Positions 31,511 through 42,072 of a stretch of 64,000 nucleotides of DNA are shown in pieces. Made by a program: the position numbers and the translations under genes. The first letter of the stretch is position 1; each line of letters begins with the position of its first letter. The stretch comes from Terriglobia bacterium (lineage in GTDB: Bacteria; Acidobacteriota; Terriglobia; JAJPHL01; JAPKYU01): contig CBDBKE010000001.1 of assembly GCA_965206645.1 (NCBI GenBank), forward strand, positions 1 to 64,000, given 5' to 3'. The notes beneath the pieces were generated by a model, which was not told the origin of the DNA, did not search any database, and worked only from the letters and a program-made list of their open reading frames with translations.

Positions 31511-32437
31511 TTACATTTCCGGACGGAAGGTTGGTTCCTTCCAGTAAGGCTTCCGGGTGCGGGAGCGGAGTAGCCAGGTACGCCCGTCAGAGGATTCCAT
31601 CTTCAGTAAGAGGCGCGACGCGGATTTCTCGAACCACCAGCTCTGGCGCACGTCGCCCCAGCGCACCTCCACCTTCCATGCCGCCTGGCGACCAATGCGC
31701 GTTTCCACAGCCTCCTCGCCGACTACTGCGAAGGAGGCCTTAACGAAGCGAGGCGGGCCGCCGAGTTTGTTGGAAATCAAGCTGGGGAGCATGCGCCTCT
31801 CAAAGGAAAGGTGCGGTTGGAATTCCAGGCTCCGCAGAGCAAGGGGTAGCTGATCTTCCAGCAGATCGCCCGGGCGCAGGTCAAGCGGGTGTGTGCCATC
31901 TCCCTCGCCGTCAAAGTAGGAGTGCGTAACAAGCTGCGGCCGTGGCCCCCAGGTAGTAATTTCCTTGAAAGTATTGCCGCACCACTCCTGGCTGCCGAGT
32001 GTGAATTTGACGAGCGCCGTGGGATCGTCGCGCTGCACAAACACAGTGGCTAGGAAGTGATAGGGGTAGCGGGGAGTCAAATAGCTGTGCACGGCATTGA
32101 GCTTCAGCACCGGGAACAGGTCCTTTCCTTCCAAGGGCGGGTCTGCCTTGACATGCAAGGGGCGCCGAAAATCCTCCTTCACGACGATGAACACCGCTTG
32201 ATAGGACTCCAGCTGCCCGTACTGGGGCCGGCGGGCGTCGTACAGGGCTACTTCAGCCTGGCCGTCATCCCAGATTGGATCACGCGCCCAAGCGTGGTCA
32301 TAGAAACGGGCCGCATCTTCCTGTAACCCCTTGTACTTCGCAGGCTCCGGCTCCGGCGCCGCCGGGCCAGAGGACGTCGAGCAGGCGGCCCACAATGCCG
32401 CCATCAAGGCAAGCAATAGAATCGGACTCCGCATCAT
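31511..32437 (-). CDS. Hypothetical lipoprotein
   Basis: Lipobox-like WAAC after a hydrophobic core; 'WDDGQAEVALY' and 'QEWCG' look conserved. Confidence 0.7.
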   Translation of the reverse strand: MMRSPILLLALMAALWAACSTSSGPAAPEPEPAKYKGLQEDAARFYDHAWARDPIWDDGQAEVALYDARRPQYGQLESYQAVFIVVKEDFRRPLHVKADPPLEGKDLFPVLKLNAVHSYLTPRYPYHFLATVFVQRDDPTALVKFTLGSQEWCGNTFKEITTWGPRPQLVTHSYFDGEGDGTHPLDLRPGDLLEDQLPLALRSLEFQPHLSFERRMLPSLISNKLGGPPRFVKASFAVVGEEAVETRIGRQAAWKVEVRWGDVRQSWWFEKSASRLLLKMESSDGRTWLLRSRTRKPYWKEPTFRPEM

Positions 32438-32687
32438 GGCGCTCCTGGAACAATAGTCTGAACCGGATTGTAGCTGACATTAAGTCTTTCTTGGCCAGGG
32501 CTTGGCCGAGGACTACACCACATGATATGAAACTTGAGACTTTACATGTAAGATGTTGGACACTTTGTCATCCATGGGCTCGAATGCGAAAGTCATCGGA
32601 CCGTGCAGGGTGCCTCGGTATGGTCGGGCATATCCTCGCTTTGTTGAAGGCCGCTTTCCTCAAGAAACCACCAGAGGCAGATAAATA

Positions 32688-33776
32688 ATGTTTACATTCT
32701 CGGCGGAACAATTACGAGAGATCGGAATGCGCCTGTTCCCCGCGGCAGGTGTGCAACAGCATGTAGCCCAAGAGGTGGTCGACTCGCTGGTGCTGAGCAA
32801 CCTAATGGGTGTGGATTCGCACGGTATCGTGCGAATCCACAATTACGTCAACTCGATCAACGCGGGAGCGATTCTCCCCAGCGCGGAACCGGAGGTCGTG
32901 CGGGATAACGGGGTGGCCGTGCTGATGGACGGACGGAAGGCCTTCGGGCAGATCGTGGCCAACAGAGCGACAAAACTGGCCATCGAGAAATCTCGAGAAC
33001 GAGCTATTGGCGCGGTGAGCTTCACCGACGTGTATCACATTGGGCGCCTGGGCGAGTACGTAGCCCTGGCTGCCGAGGAAGGGCTTATCGGGTTAATGGT
33101 GGCGAACGGATCCACCCCAGGAGGCCTGGTGGCGCCCTTCGGAGCACGGCAGCGGACACTGGGGACGAATCCGATCGCCTTTGCCATCCCGGCGGGCAGT
33201 CATCCGTCTCTGGTCGCCGACTTTTCCACTGCGGCGATTGCGGAAGGCCGCGTCCGGATTGCTCTGCGGCACGGGAAGAAGTTGCCGCCGGAATGGTTAA
33301 TCGACCGGGAAGGAAACCCGAGCGCCGAACCTTCCAGCCTCTACGACGGTGGCGCCATCATGACTTTCGGAGGTTACAAAGGCTTCGCTCTTTCGCTGCT
33401 GGTCGAGATCCTGGGCGGCATTCTCAGCGGGGGCGAAACGCCGGTTTCCCCCAGCTACAAATATATGCACAATGGCGTATTCGTCCTGGTGATCGATCCG
33501 GTATTTTTCCGCCCGCGGGACAGCTACAAGGAAGCCGTCGATTTTCTTTTTACGGCGGTAAAGGAGGCGTTGCCGGGACTGGGTTTCGACGGAGCCCTGA
33601 TCCCCGGAGAGCCGGAACGGCGCGCCAAAGCCGTCCGCGAAAAGGAAGGGATTCCCATGGACGAAAACACTTGGGCGGAGCTTCTCGGAGTGGCCAGCAA
33701 GCTAAACGTCTCGCTGTCCGATATCTCGCCGATATCGCAAGGCGCGGGTGGGAAGGTAGCGTCGGGAACCGCATGA
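32688..33776 (+). CDS. Ldh_2 family oxidoreductase (malate/L-lactate/ureidoglycolate dehydrogenase-like)
   Basis: GVDSHG, HIGRLG, GTNPIA, GGYKG, IPGEPE. Confidence 0.92.
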   Translation: MFTFSAEQLREIGMRLFPAAGVQQHVAQEVVDSLVLSNLMGVDSHGIVRIHNYVNSINAGAILPSAEPEVVRDNGVAVLMDGRKAFGQIVANRATKLAIEKSRERAIGAVSFTDVYHIGRLGEYVALAAEEGLIGLMVANGSTPGGLVAPFGARQRTLGTNPIAFAIPAGSHPSLVADFSTAAIAEGRVRIALRHGKKLPPEWLIDREGNPSAEPSSLYDGGAIMTFGGYKGFALSLLVEILGGILSGGETPVSPSYKYMHNGVFVLVIDPVFFRPRDSYKEAVDFLFTAVKEALPGLGFDGALIPGEPERRAKAVREKEGIPMDENTWAELLGVASKLNVSLSDISPISQGAGGKVASGTA

Positions 33777-33924
33777 GATCACGCCGCGGCAGGAGCGCAT
33801 CCTGGCGAGCAGGGGTTGAGGCAAAGCTAGCTGTCCATGTGCTGGTGGACGGCTTCTGAACAACACTGAATCAGGGAAAAACGCTGCACCCTGCGGTGCA
33901 GACACAGTCGGAGGACATCGCGAC

Positions 33925-34614
33925 ATGAGCAGCGCACAGACAAGTCAATCGGCTTTGGTCGAATATTTACTGACGGTGGATACACCGACGCTCTGCAACG
34001 CCATCGAACAACTGACACTGCGTCCGCGTCACGAGGGCTTCACGCCCCGGGGAATTCGTTCTCTGTTCCCCGAGATGGGCCGGATCTGCGGCTGGGCAGT
34101 AACGGCCCAAGTGGAGACGGTTAGCGAATCCTGGCTCGCTGGGCGCGAGGTGTTCGGCGAACTTTTCCGGGCGGCGTCTGCCTCTTCGAAGCCTGTCGTC
34201 GTGGCTTTTCAGGAGGTCGGCGCGCATGCCGAGCTGTCGGCTCATTGTGGAGAAGTGATGGCCACAATCTTCAAGCGGCTGGGGGCAGTGGGCCTGGTGA
34301 CCGACGGAGGCGTGCGCGATATGGACGAGGTCCGGGCGCTGGGTTTCCAATACTTTGCTCGCGGGACAGTAGCCAGTCATGCCAACTTCCGCATCGTGCG
34401 GGCGAATGTGCCCATTCAAGTCGGGGGCATGATGGTCCGCCCGGGTGCCCTGCTGCATGGAGACATTAACGGATTGGTCGAGGTCCCCGAGCAGAAGCGG
34501 GACCAGTTGGCCGCAGCGGTGGAGAAGGTCCGGACCACCGAAGGGCCGCTGATGGAATACGTGCGCAGCGCCGAGTTTGATCTGGAACAGCTAATTCGCC
34601 GATTCTTTCACTAG
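33925..34614 (+). CDS. RraA/HMG-aldolase family protein
   Basis: DTPTLCNA, GEVMA, VTDGGVRD, VRPGALLHGD.NG. Confidence 0.88.
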   Translation: MSSAQTSQSALVEYLLTVDTPTLCNAIEQLTLRPRHEGFTPRGIRSLFPEMGRICGWAVTAQVETVSESWLAGREVFGELFRAASASSKPVVVAFQEVGAHAELSAHCGEVMATIFKRLGAVGLVTDGGVRDMDEVRALGFQYFARGTVASHANFRIVRANVPIQVGGMMVRPGALLHGDINGLVEVPEQKRDQLAAAVEKVRTTEGPLMEYVRSAEFDLEQLIRRFFH

Positions 34615-34624
34615 CAATGGGGAA

Positions 34625-35722
34625 GTGCTGCAAGCGGTGAGGCGACGTGCAACCCGCATCTGTCATCAAGATGCCGTAGTGGTGAAGACCGCCCCGGAAC
34701 TGCGCGGCGTGGTGCAGAGGGTCTTGAAGGCAGCCGGAGCCGATGCCCGGAACGCGGAACGCGTCGCCGATGCCCTAGTTTCCGCCAACCTCGCTGGCGT
34801 GGACACCCACGGCGTCTGGCAACTGGCCGGCTATGTCGAAAGAATTGGGATAGGAGGAATCAACCCGACGGCATGGCCGGAAATCCTGGCGGAGACTCCC
34901 AGCAGTGCTCTGGTCAGCGGCAACTGGACCTTCGGTCATGTCACGGCAAAATATGCGACGGAGACTGCTATTGAGAAGGCCCGCCAGCAGAACGTGGGTG
35001 TGGTCGGCATGGTCCGGGTTAACCATATCGGCCGCCTGGGCGAATACGTCGAACTGGCCGCCGCGCAAGACGTGATTTCAGTGTTGCTTGCAGGAGGCCT
35101 TGGCGTGGAAGTGCCCACCGCGGTTCCCTATGGAGGATCCAGGCCAGTGCTCCACACCAATCCCATTGCCATGGGCTTTCCTGCGGGCCAGGAAACCCCA
35201 GTGATTCTCGATATCGCCACCACTGCTCTCTCCGGCGTGAAGGTTGACATGGCGCGCGAGAAAAACCGACCCCTTCCTCCCGGCTCTATCGTAGACCGGG
35301 ACGGGAATCCAACTACTGATCCTGCGGCGTTTTTCGAGGGCGGCGCCTTCCTGCCTTTTGGCGGGCACAAGGGCTATGGCCTCATGCTGGCGGCCGAATT
35401 CTTGGGTCGCATTCTTACAGGTGCGGATGCGTTCGCGGCTAAGCCGTGGGGCGCTAAGATTTTTAGCCATAGCGGGGCAACGATCGTTGCCATCCGGGCT
35501 GACCTGTTCGGGTCGTTGGATCAATATTCGAAGTATGCGGAGGAGATGGGGCGCAAGATCCGAGCGGTGCCTCCGGCACCGGGCTTTCGGGAAGTGCTGG
35601 TGCCGGGCGATCCAGAAGCTAGAACTCGGCAGACGCGCCTTCGAGACGGGATCCCGATTCCGCAGCAGCTATGGCGGCAGATTACTGACCTGGCGGCATC
35701 GTTGGGTGTGCAGGAGACCTGA
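34625..35722 (+). CDS. Second Ldh_2 family oxidoreductase (start uncertain)
   Basis: GVDTHG, NHIGRLG, HTNPIA, GGHKG, VPGDPE. Confidence 0.9.
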   Translation: MLQAVRRRATRICHQDAVVVKTAPELRGVVQRVLKAAGADARNAERVADALVSANLAGVDTHGVWQLAGYVERIGIGGINPTAWPEILAETPSSALVSGNWTFGHVTAKYATETAIEKARQQNVGVVGMVRVNHIGRLGEYVELAAAQDVISVLLAGGLGVEVPTAVPYGGSRPVLHTNPIAMGFPAGQETPVILDIATTALSGVKVDMAREKNRPLPPGSIVDRDGNPTTDPAAFFEGGAFLPFGGHKGYGLMLAAEFLGRILTGADAFAAKPWGAKIFSHSGATIVAIRADLFGSLDQYSKYAEEMGRKIRAVPPAPGFREVLVPGDPEARTRQTRLRDGIPIPQQLWRQITDLAASLGVQET

Positions 35723-35888
35723 GAAGCAGCAATCGCACCTCGCCGGAGAAGCTCCCGCCAGCAGATGTGCCTGGTCCGCTATAATGTTTGCCGCAAGCGA
35801 AGGGGTGGTATCGATTTCAGTTCCGTAGCCGCTTCTTAGTGCAATTCTATGTGGCGCGGTGAAGAAGAGGTCTTCGCGGGGAACTGCT

Positions 35889-36896
35889 ATGCAGGTGACC
35901 TTTTGGGGTGTGCGGGGTTCCACGCCATCTCCGGGCCCGAGCACCTTTAAGTACGGCGGGAACACGCCCTGCGTGGAAATCCGCACGCCACAGGGAAATA
36001 CCATCATTCTGGACTGCGGCACCGGCGTCACCCACCTGGGTAAATTGCTGGCCGAGAAGACTCCCCCCGACGGCCAGCACCTGATGGTGTTCCTGACCCA
36101 CTTTCATTGGGACCACATCCAGGGATTGCCCTTCTTCACACCACTTTACGATGCCCGCAATCAGGTGTCCTTCCATTGTTTCCAGGCCCAGGGGATGACT
36201 GCCAGAGATGCGCTGGGCGGGGCCATGCTCAGTCCTTACTTTCCAGTGAGCATGAACCTGATAAAGAGCCAGAAGCACTTCCATATTATTGGCGAAGGAC
36301 GCTTGAAGTTGTTCGATGTGGAAATCGTCTCCCGTTACCTGAACCACCCGCAGGGCTGCCTGGGCTTCCGGATAGAGGTGGAAACTGGCGTGTTTGTCTA
36401 CGCCACCGATCACGAGCAGGGCAATCCCGATTTGGACGCGAGTGTCCGCAAACTGGCAGAAGGAGCCGACCTGCTGGTTTACGATGGCCAGTACACCCCG
36501 GCAGAATACCAATCGCGCCTCGGTTGGGGGCACAGCACCTGGGAGGAGGGCATCCAGATCGCCCGCGACGCCGGGGTGAAAGAGCTGGTGCTTTTCCACC
36601 ACGATCCCGATCATTCGGACCTGTTTCTGGACAAGATGCTGCTCGAAGCGCGGGCCTGCTTTCCGCTCGTGCACGCGGCAATGGAAGGGACCACGGTCAG
36701 CATCAAGCGGCAGGAGGCAGGCGCTGCCTTTCGCAGCTGCATGGAGCGAAGATATTGCGAACGCCGGAGGTTGGCACAGCCCCTCGGCATCCGCCTACAG
36801 CGCATCGGCCACGACGAGACGGAAAGGACTCTACTGCGTGGTCTGAGCTTGGATGGCTCTTCTTTCCTCGTGGATTACGATTGGGATATCGGCACG
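35889..36896 (+). pseudogene. MBL-fold metallohydrolase with the start of a PilZ-like C-domain, truncated by IS3
   Basis: WGVRGS, THFHWDHIQG, WGHS, LFHHDP; C-terminal ERR..ERR and 'GLSLDG'. The stop codon is supplied by the IS left end (TGA at 36897). Confidence 0.8.
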
Positions 36897-38145
36897 TGAC
36901 CTGACCGGCACTTTTTGTACCAAGTGGAAAGAGAGAGAATCCACTTGAGGAGGAAGTGAGGTCATGCCGACAAGGAGTTACAAGCCGGAGCGGATTGTAG
37001 CGGTGCTACGGCAGATAGAAGTGCAGATGGGGAACGGGAAGACTGCGCCCCAAGCCTGCAAAGAAGCTGGAATCCACACCCAAACCTACTACCGGTGGCG
37101 GAAGGAATACGGCGGGCTGAAGGTGGTGCAGGCAAAACGGCTAAAGGAGTTGGAGAAGGAAAACACGCGGCTGAAGCGGTTGGTAGCGGAGCTTTCTCTG
37201 GAGAAGCAGGTGCTGCGGGATGTGGCACAGGGAAACTTCTGAGCCCTGAGCGGCGGCGTTGTGCGGTGGAGCGTGCGTGGGAGCAACACGGGTTGTCGGA
37301 ACGGCATGCCTGCCGGCTGCTGGGGCAATGGCGAGGGACACAACGATACGAGCCGATTCATCGGGTGGACGAGGATGCTCTGACCCGAGCGATCATTGCC
37401 CTGGGAGCGAAGTACGGGCGATATGGCTACCGGAGGATCACAGCGTTGCTGCGGAGTGCGGGCTGGGAAGTGGGCAAGGACCGGGTGCAGCGGATTTGGC
37501 GGCGGGAAGGGCTAAAAGTGCCGCAAAAACAAAGGCCGCGAGGACGGCTGTGGCTGAACGACGGTTCCTGTGTACGACTGAGGCCGGAGCGACCGAACCA
37601 CGTGTGGAGCTACGACTTCATGAGTGCCAGAACGCACGAGGGGAGAACGCTGCGGCTGCTGACCTTGCTGGATGAGTACACGCGGGAATGCCTGGCGATC
37701 CGGGTGGAGCGGAGGATGGGCAGCCAACAAATCATTGAGGCGTTGTCGGACGTGATGTTGTGGCGAGGGATACCGGAACAGATTCGATCCGACAATGGTC
37801 CCGAGTTCATCGCCAAACAACTGCGCCAGTGGTTGGCAAATCTAGGGACCGGGACACTGTACATCGAACCGGGCAGTCCCTGGGAGAACGGGTACTGCGA
37901 GAGTTTCAATGGGAAGCTGCGGGACGAATGCCTGAATGGAGAGATCTTCTACTCGTTGAAGGAGGCACAGGTGGTGATTGAACAGTGGAGGGTGCAATAC
38001 AACACGGTGCGGCCGCACTCGGCGCTCGGCTATAGGCCCCCGGCGCCGGGGGCCTATAGCCCTCCCCTGTCACTGAAACCAGTTTCACAGCCCCAGGCTG
38101 CGATGTGAACTCTCACTACGGTTGGTACAAAAATCGGTCTGGTCA
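36897..38145 (+). mobile_element. IS3-family insertion sequence (~1.25 kb)
   Basis: Imperfect terminal IRs: TGACCTGACCGGCACTTTTTGTACCAA (36897) vs TTGGTACAAAAATCGGTCTGGTCA (ends 38145); TG...CA ends; orfA/orfB inside. Confidence 0.92.
36964..38108 (+). CDS. IS3 transposase OrfAB (OrfA 36964-37242; OrfB in the -1 frame to 38108), programmed -1 frameshift
   Basis: OrfA HTH 'TYYRWRKEYGG...LKELEKEN'; OrfB WSYDF, RSDNGPEF, PGSPWENGYCESFN DDE core; slippery G-GGA-AAC at 37230-37236. Confidence 0.93.
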
Positions 38146-38290
38146 CTGGAAAAGCTACCTGAGGCGAGTGCGCCATTAGCAGTCAGACCAGCGTGCAAGG
38201 AGTCCGCGGCTGTTTCATGCTCACCCATCTGAAGGTAGGCAACGGCCAGTCCATCCCAGTTCGCGCGGTCAGGATGATTTGGTGACAATT
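38146..38290 (-). pseudogene. TPR-like gene fragment abutting the IS right end
   Basis: 'ANWDGLAVAYLQMGEHETAA' TPR-like helix pair, cut at the IS end. Confidence 0.4.
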
Positions 38291-38849
38291 GGCCCGTAGA
38301 TAGGCATCCGCGGCTTGGCGTTGCTCAGAACCATCGGGGGCGAAAAATCGGTGCTGGGCATATCGAGTTCAGAGCAACGGGGTTCCCGGACTCCAGCGTA
38401 GGGCCCCGACTGAGATTCTCCCGAGTTGGAAGATTCAAGGACCATTGGCCGCCGAAATCGCGGGCGCTCGCTGTCGAATAGTCAATCCCGGCTGCTAACA
38501 GGAATAGACGGAAGGAAGTGTACTTCAGTCCCTCCTCGCCCCACGTTCTGAACGGAAATCAATCTCAAGACCGCTGGTTACAGAAGGAGAAACTTTTCCG
38601 CACAAGCGGCTGGACCGTCAGGTAGTGGGATTTGGCTTTTGCATCTACCGGCCACTATGAGCATCGCCACGGTAAAGCACCACTACCGACCGTCATGTTT
38701 CGCTTGCGTATCCGCAGGCCGGTCCCTAGAATGAGTGGGCGCAATAGGAGCCATTCATTGGTTGACCGGGGGAGAGTATGAAGCTGGGTGTTCTGGCAGC
38801 TCTCGTCCTTGTCGGTTTTACTGCCTCCCCGGCGCAGCAGGTCCTCCCC

Positions 38850-39216
38850 CCCCAAAGAGTCTGGCATTACTGTCCGTGAATTCAACGAGCGTCTGTTGTC
38901 GACTTTTCTGTCGACTTCCGGCCGGCCACCTCGTGTCGTCCTCACTACCAGCGAAGAGCCCGGCGAGGCCAAGGCTACCGCGGTCGTAAACTTGGCGATT
39001 GCCTCGGCACAGTTGGGCAACCGGGTACTAGTGGTGGATCCGTCAACGGCGCCAGGCTGCATCTGCAACAGGTGAATGCGAATGTGATTGGAGTGGCACT
39101 GAACAACGTAGATTTTTCCGCGTTTGGCTACGATTACTATTATCGCCATTACAGAGGGTACGCATACGGCTCTTGCGGCCGTGAAAACGAGCAGCAGGGA
39201 GAGTCAGTGAAATCCT
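38850..39216 (+). pseudogene. Decayed CpsD/CapB (Wzc-type) tyrosine kinase remnant
   Basis: Degenerate Walker A 'TTSEEPGEAKAT..VNLA...GNRVLVVD', then in another frame 'ANVIGVALNNVD..GYDYYYRHY' Tyr cluster; the middle of the protein is missing. Confidence 0.7.
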
Positions 39217-39388
39217 AGTACGCTTGTGAATCCTGTCGACTCACGCCGCAGAGTCTTCCACTGATTCTTCGAAAATCGCCCTCTTGCTGTGGCTCCATTG
39301 TGTTGCCGCCCCGGTCCAACTGCGTAGCCAGCTCCTTGACAGAAGTTGTGTGGGCCCTACGAAGCCCCAAGGAAAGAGAAGGCTGAGA

Positions 39389-39870
39389 ATGTCGGCCGGA
39401 CGCGAAACTCAGGGCAGGAGCCTCAGCCAGCAAGCACCAACCGGGGTGGGGGGAATCAGCCTTGGCTTGGCGTTGGTGGCGATCTTCACCGTCTTGGCCT
39501 TCGGCGGCAGGTACTCTCTGGCGATTTCCATCATGCAAACCAGCATCTGCGCGCTGAGCATATTTACCCTGTGGAGATTCGGATGGCCGGCGGTTCCGCG
39601 AGCCGCTCTAGCTGTTCTCGGTATCTTGCTGGCGATTCCGCTGGTGCAAATGCTGCCCCTGTGGGAGGAAATTGTGGCTGCCCTTTCTCCTGCCCGGGTG
39701 GCGATTGCGCGCGAGGTCTTGTCGCCGGTTGTGGGTCCCTCCAAGGTCCTCACACTTTCAGTCAACCCACACGCCACGAGCGCAGCGACGCTCAATCTGG
39801 TGTGCTACGGTCTGGTATTCTTGCTGGCCTTCCATGTGTGTATCCACCGAAGGCAACAGCCAGCCCTGTT
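39389..39870 (+). pseudogene. N-terminal fragment of an O-antigen ligase-like membrane protein
   Basis: 'LAFGG', 'QMLPL...LSP.R', 'TLSVNPHAT' TM pattern; the sequence becomes non-protein-like after ~39870. Confidence 0.55.
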
Positions 39871-40110
39871 CCTCCCCTCCGGGGTTAGAGTGGCGAAGAG
39901 AAAGCGAAGCTGGCCACAGACTTGTGGTTTCTGCAACCTGGTTGCACGGCTGCATAGTCTGCTAAGGAGGCCTCTGGCAAATTGCAGATCCATACCGCGC
40001 GCAGGTGCTGGATTCTCGACGATTCTTCCTGATCCCGAGCATGGCTTGACGAGCCGAAGGAGTACTTGTACAATTTAATTGGTCAGTTTAATTGAACTAA
40101 AGGAAGAGCA

Positions 40111-40422
40111 ATGGCGAAGGCCGTCACCGCCTACACACTTAAGACGCAATTGGGCCGCATTCTTCGGGAGCTTCAGGAGAATGAGCGTTTCGTCGTTCTG
40201 CGCCGCAACCGCCCGATCGGAGTTTTCCTTAGCATTCAGGACTACGTGAGAGAGCATCCGGATCAGTATGAGGATGTCCAGGACTTCGTAGACACGATGC
40301 TAGAAGAAACGGACCCCGAGTTCCAGCGCAGCCTGCAGAAGGGAGCCACTGAGGCCAGGCGAGGTCATTACCTAACCCACCAAGAGCTCAAGCTCGCCCT
40401 GGCCGGCAAGAAGCTGCGTTGA
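40111..40422 (+). CDS. Type II antitoxin, Phd/YefM-like
   Basis: 'LKTQLGRIL...VVLRRNRPIGVFLSIQDY'; TGATG overlap with the toxin. Confidence 0.8.
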   Translation: MAKAVTAYTLKTQLGRILRELQENERFVVLRRNRPIGVFLSIQDYVREHPDQYEDVQDFVDTMLEETDPEFQRSLQKGATEARRGHYLTHQELKLALAGKKLR

Positions 40423-40685
40423 TGGTCGGAGGCTTCGAGGCTAGATATAGCCAGCAATTTCTCAGGGATCTGAAAAAGTTCAACCCGCCCCTCCAACGGC
40501 GAATTCTGCGGGCTATCGAGACTAAGCTTTTGACCGATCCATGGAAACACGGCAAGAAACTGGCAGGTAAGATAGGACCTGGAGGATGGCGGTTTCGGGT
40601 CGGTGACTATCGAATTCGCTTCGATGTGGAGGGTTCGGTGCTGTTCTTCTACCGAGTGCGCCACAGGCGAGAGATTTATGAATGA
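40422..40685 (+). CDS. relE: Type II toxin, RelE/ParE family
   Basis: 'KKLAG...WRFRVGDYRIRF...VRHRREIY'. Confidence 0.88.
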   Translation: MVGGFEARYSQQFLRDLKKFNPPLQRRILRAIETKLLTDPWKHGKKLAGKIGPGGWRFRVGDYRIRFDVEGSVLFFYRVRHRREIYE

Positions 40686-40971
40686 AAGGTGTCGTCATCG
40701 TATCCCAGAGCAGATGTGGCTTACTTCAATGCTTCAACACCTTGATTAACAAAACATTTCGGTGTATTCTTGATTTATTGGAGTGGGTGGCCATGTACAA
40801 GTCTCCGAGAATACAAACCCCGCCAGCTTGGACCTGCCGTGTTTGTGTGATCGGCGCTGAGTTTCCATCAAGAATCCCGGACAGCGCGAACCCCCTTTTC
40901 TTGTGGCGACATCGGCTCGTGGATAACTCAACACTCACCGCGAAGGTTCAGTGTAAGGAGGTTAGAACAGA

Positions 40972-41442
40972 ATGATGAAGACTCGAGAGAAGAAACCCGC
41001 TACAGCGGAAGCTCAGTCCACTCCAGGGCGTGGCCGGAGCGGCAGATTCCTGCCGCAGTCGAGCGGCAACCCTGCGGGAAGGCCCAAGGGGAGCCAAAAC
41101 AAAACGACCTTGGCCGCCCAGGCATTGTTGGAGGGAGAGGCCGAGTCTTTAACACGCAAGGCGATCGAATTGGCAATGTCCGGTGACCCGGTTGCACTGC
41201 GTCTGTGCCTCGAGCGTATCCTTCCTCGCCGCGAGGGACGATTGGTCGAATTGTCTCTCCCCAAGGTGAAGACCGCCACCGAAATTGCTTCGGGCTTGGC
41301 CACGGTGATCCATGCAGTGGGAGCTGGGATGCTGACGCCTGGTGAGGGTGAAACAATCTCTCGGATGCTGGAGACGCACGGAAGATTAACCGAAGCAGCC
41401 GAGCGGGAGCAGGACGAGGTGCAACCGAGGAACTTGCGCTGA
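40972..41442 (+). CDS. DUF5681-like protein
   Basis: 'GRF...SGNPAGRPKGSQNK', 'LRLCLERILP'; AAGGAGG RBS. Confidence 0.75.
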   Translation: MMKTREKKPATAEAQSTPGRGRSGRFLPQSSGNPAGRPKGSQNKTTLAAQALLEGEAESLTRKAIELAMSGDPVALRLCLERILPRREGRLVELSLPKVKTATEIASGLATVIHAVGAGMLTPGEGETISRMLETHGRLTEAAEREQDEVQPRNLR

Positions 41443-41689
41443 GGGTTAGGCGAGCTGCCGTCCTCTGCCGATCAACGGTCCATCCTGTTCCTGACCTGTT
41501 TTTTCAGGTGGCGTCCTCCCGGAACGCCTCCTCGGCGCTCACTAGTATGGTAGGCCCGCCCCACGGACAGCCAAATGTCGGGCTCGAAAGTCTCATGAGT
41601 CAGGACACTGGTTTACTGCCACATAAATCGAGGACGTTAGAGAGCGCCCTGGGATAAGATCTGCTTTGTCCAACCAGCGAATGGACCAG

Positions 41690-42020
41690 GGGTTGAGGTG
41701 GTCTTCTGTCCCAAGTGCTTTAGTCCGAGGTGAGGCGCTCCCATCGGCGGGGCTGGGAGCAGCGGGTCCCATTCCTGCGTGCCCACAGCTGGCGGGCCTG
41801 TGGCGATCGCTTCCTACGAGGGGGAAGACCACACCTTGCTTGCTGCCCCAGGTGTAGTAGCGCCGAAGTCCAGCTGACTTCGCGAAACCGTGCGCCGAAA
41901 GGGATGGCCATCACCCTCCGGTGTCTGTTGGGAAGTCGTAGCTACCGGTGTTCCAGCTGCCGGCACCATTTTCTGGACTTCCGGCATGCACGCTCGAAGA
42001 TCGAATCCCAGGTTGGATAG
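41690..42020 (+). pseudogene. Frameshifted tandem zinc-ribbon protein
   Basis: CPKCFS (one frame) joins VRRSHRR..CPRCSS..YRCSSCRHHF (ORF 41730-42020) through a 1-nt deletion near 41726. Confidence 0.5.
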
Positions 42021-42072
42021 TCCGGACAGGAGTTCCAACACGGAATCCTCCCATTGAGCGCATTTAGCTTCT

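Noticed and set aside
40972-41442. Prophage inferred from the DUF5681 (terminase-small-like) gene
   Set aside because: No large terminase, portal, capsid or integrase nearby.
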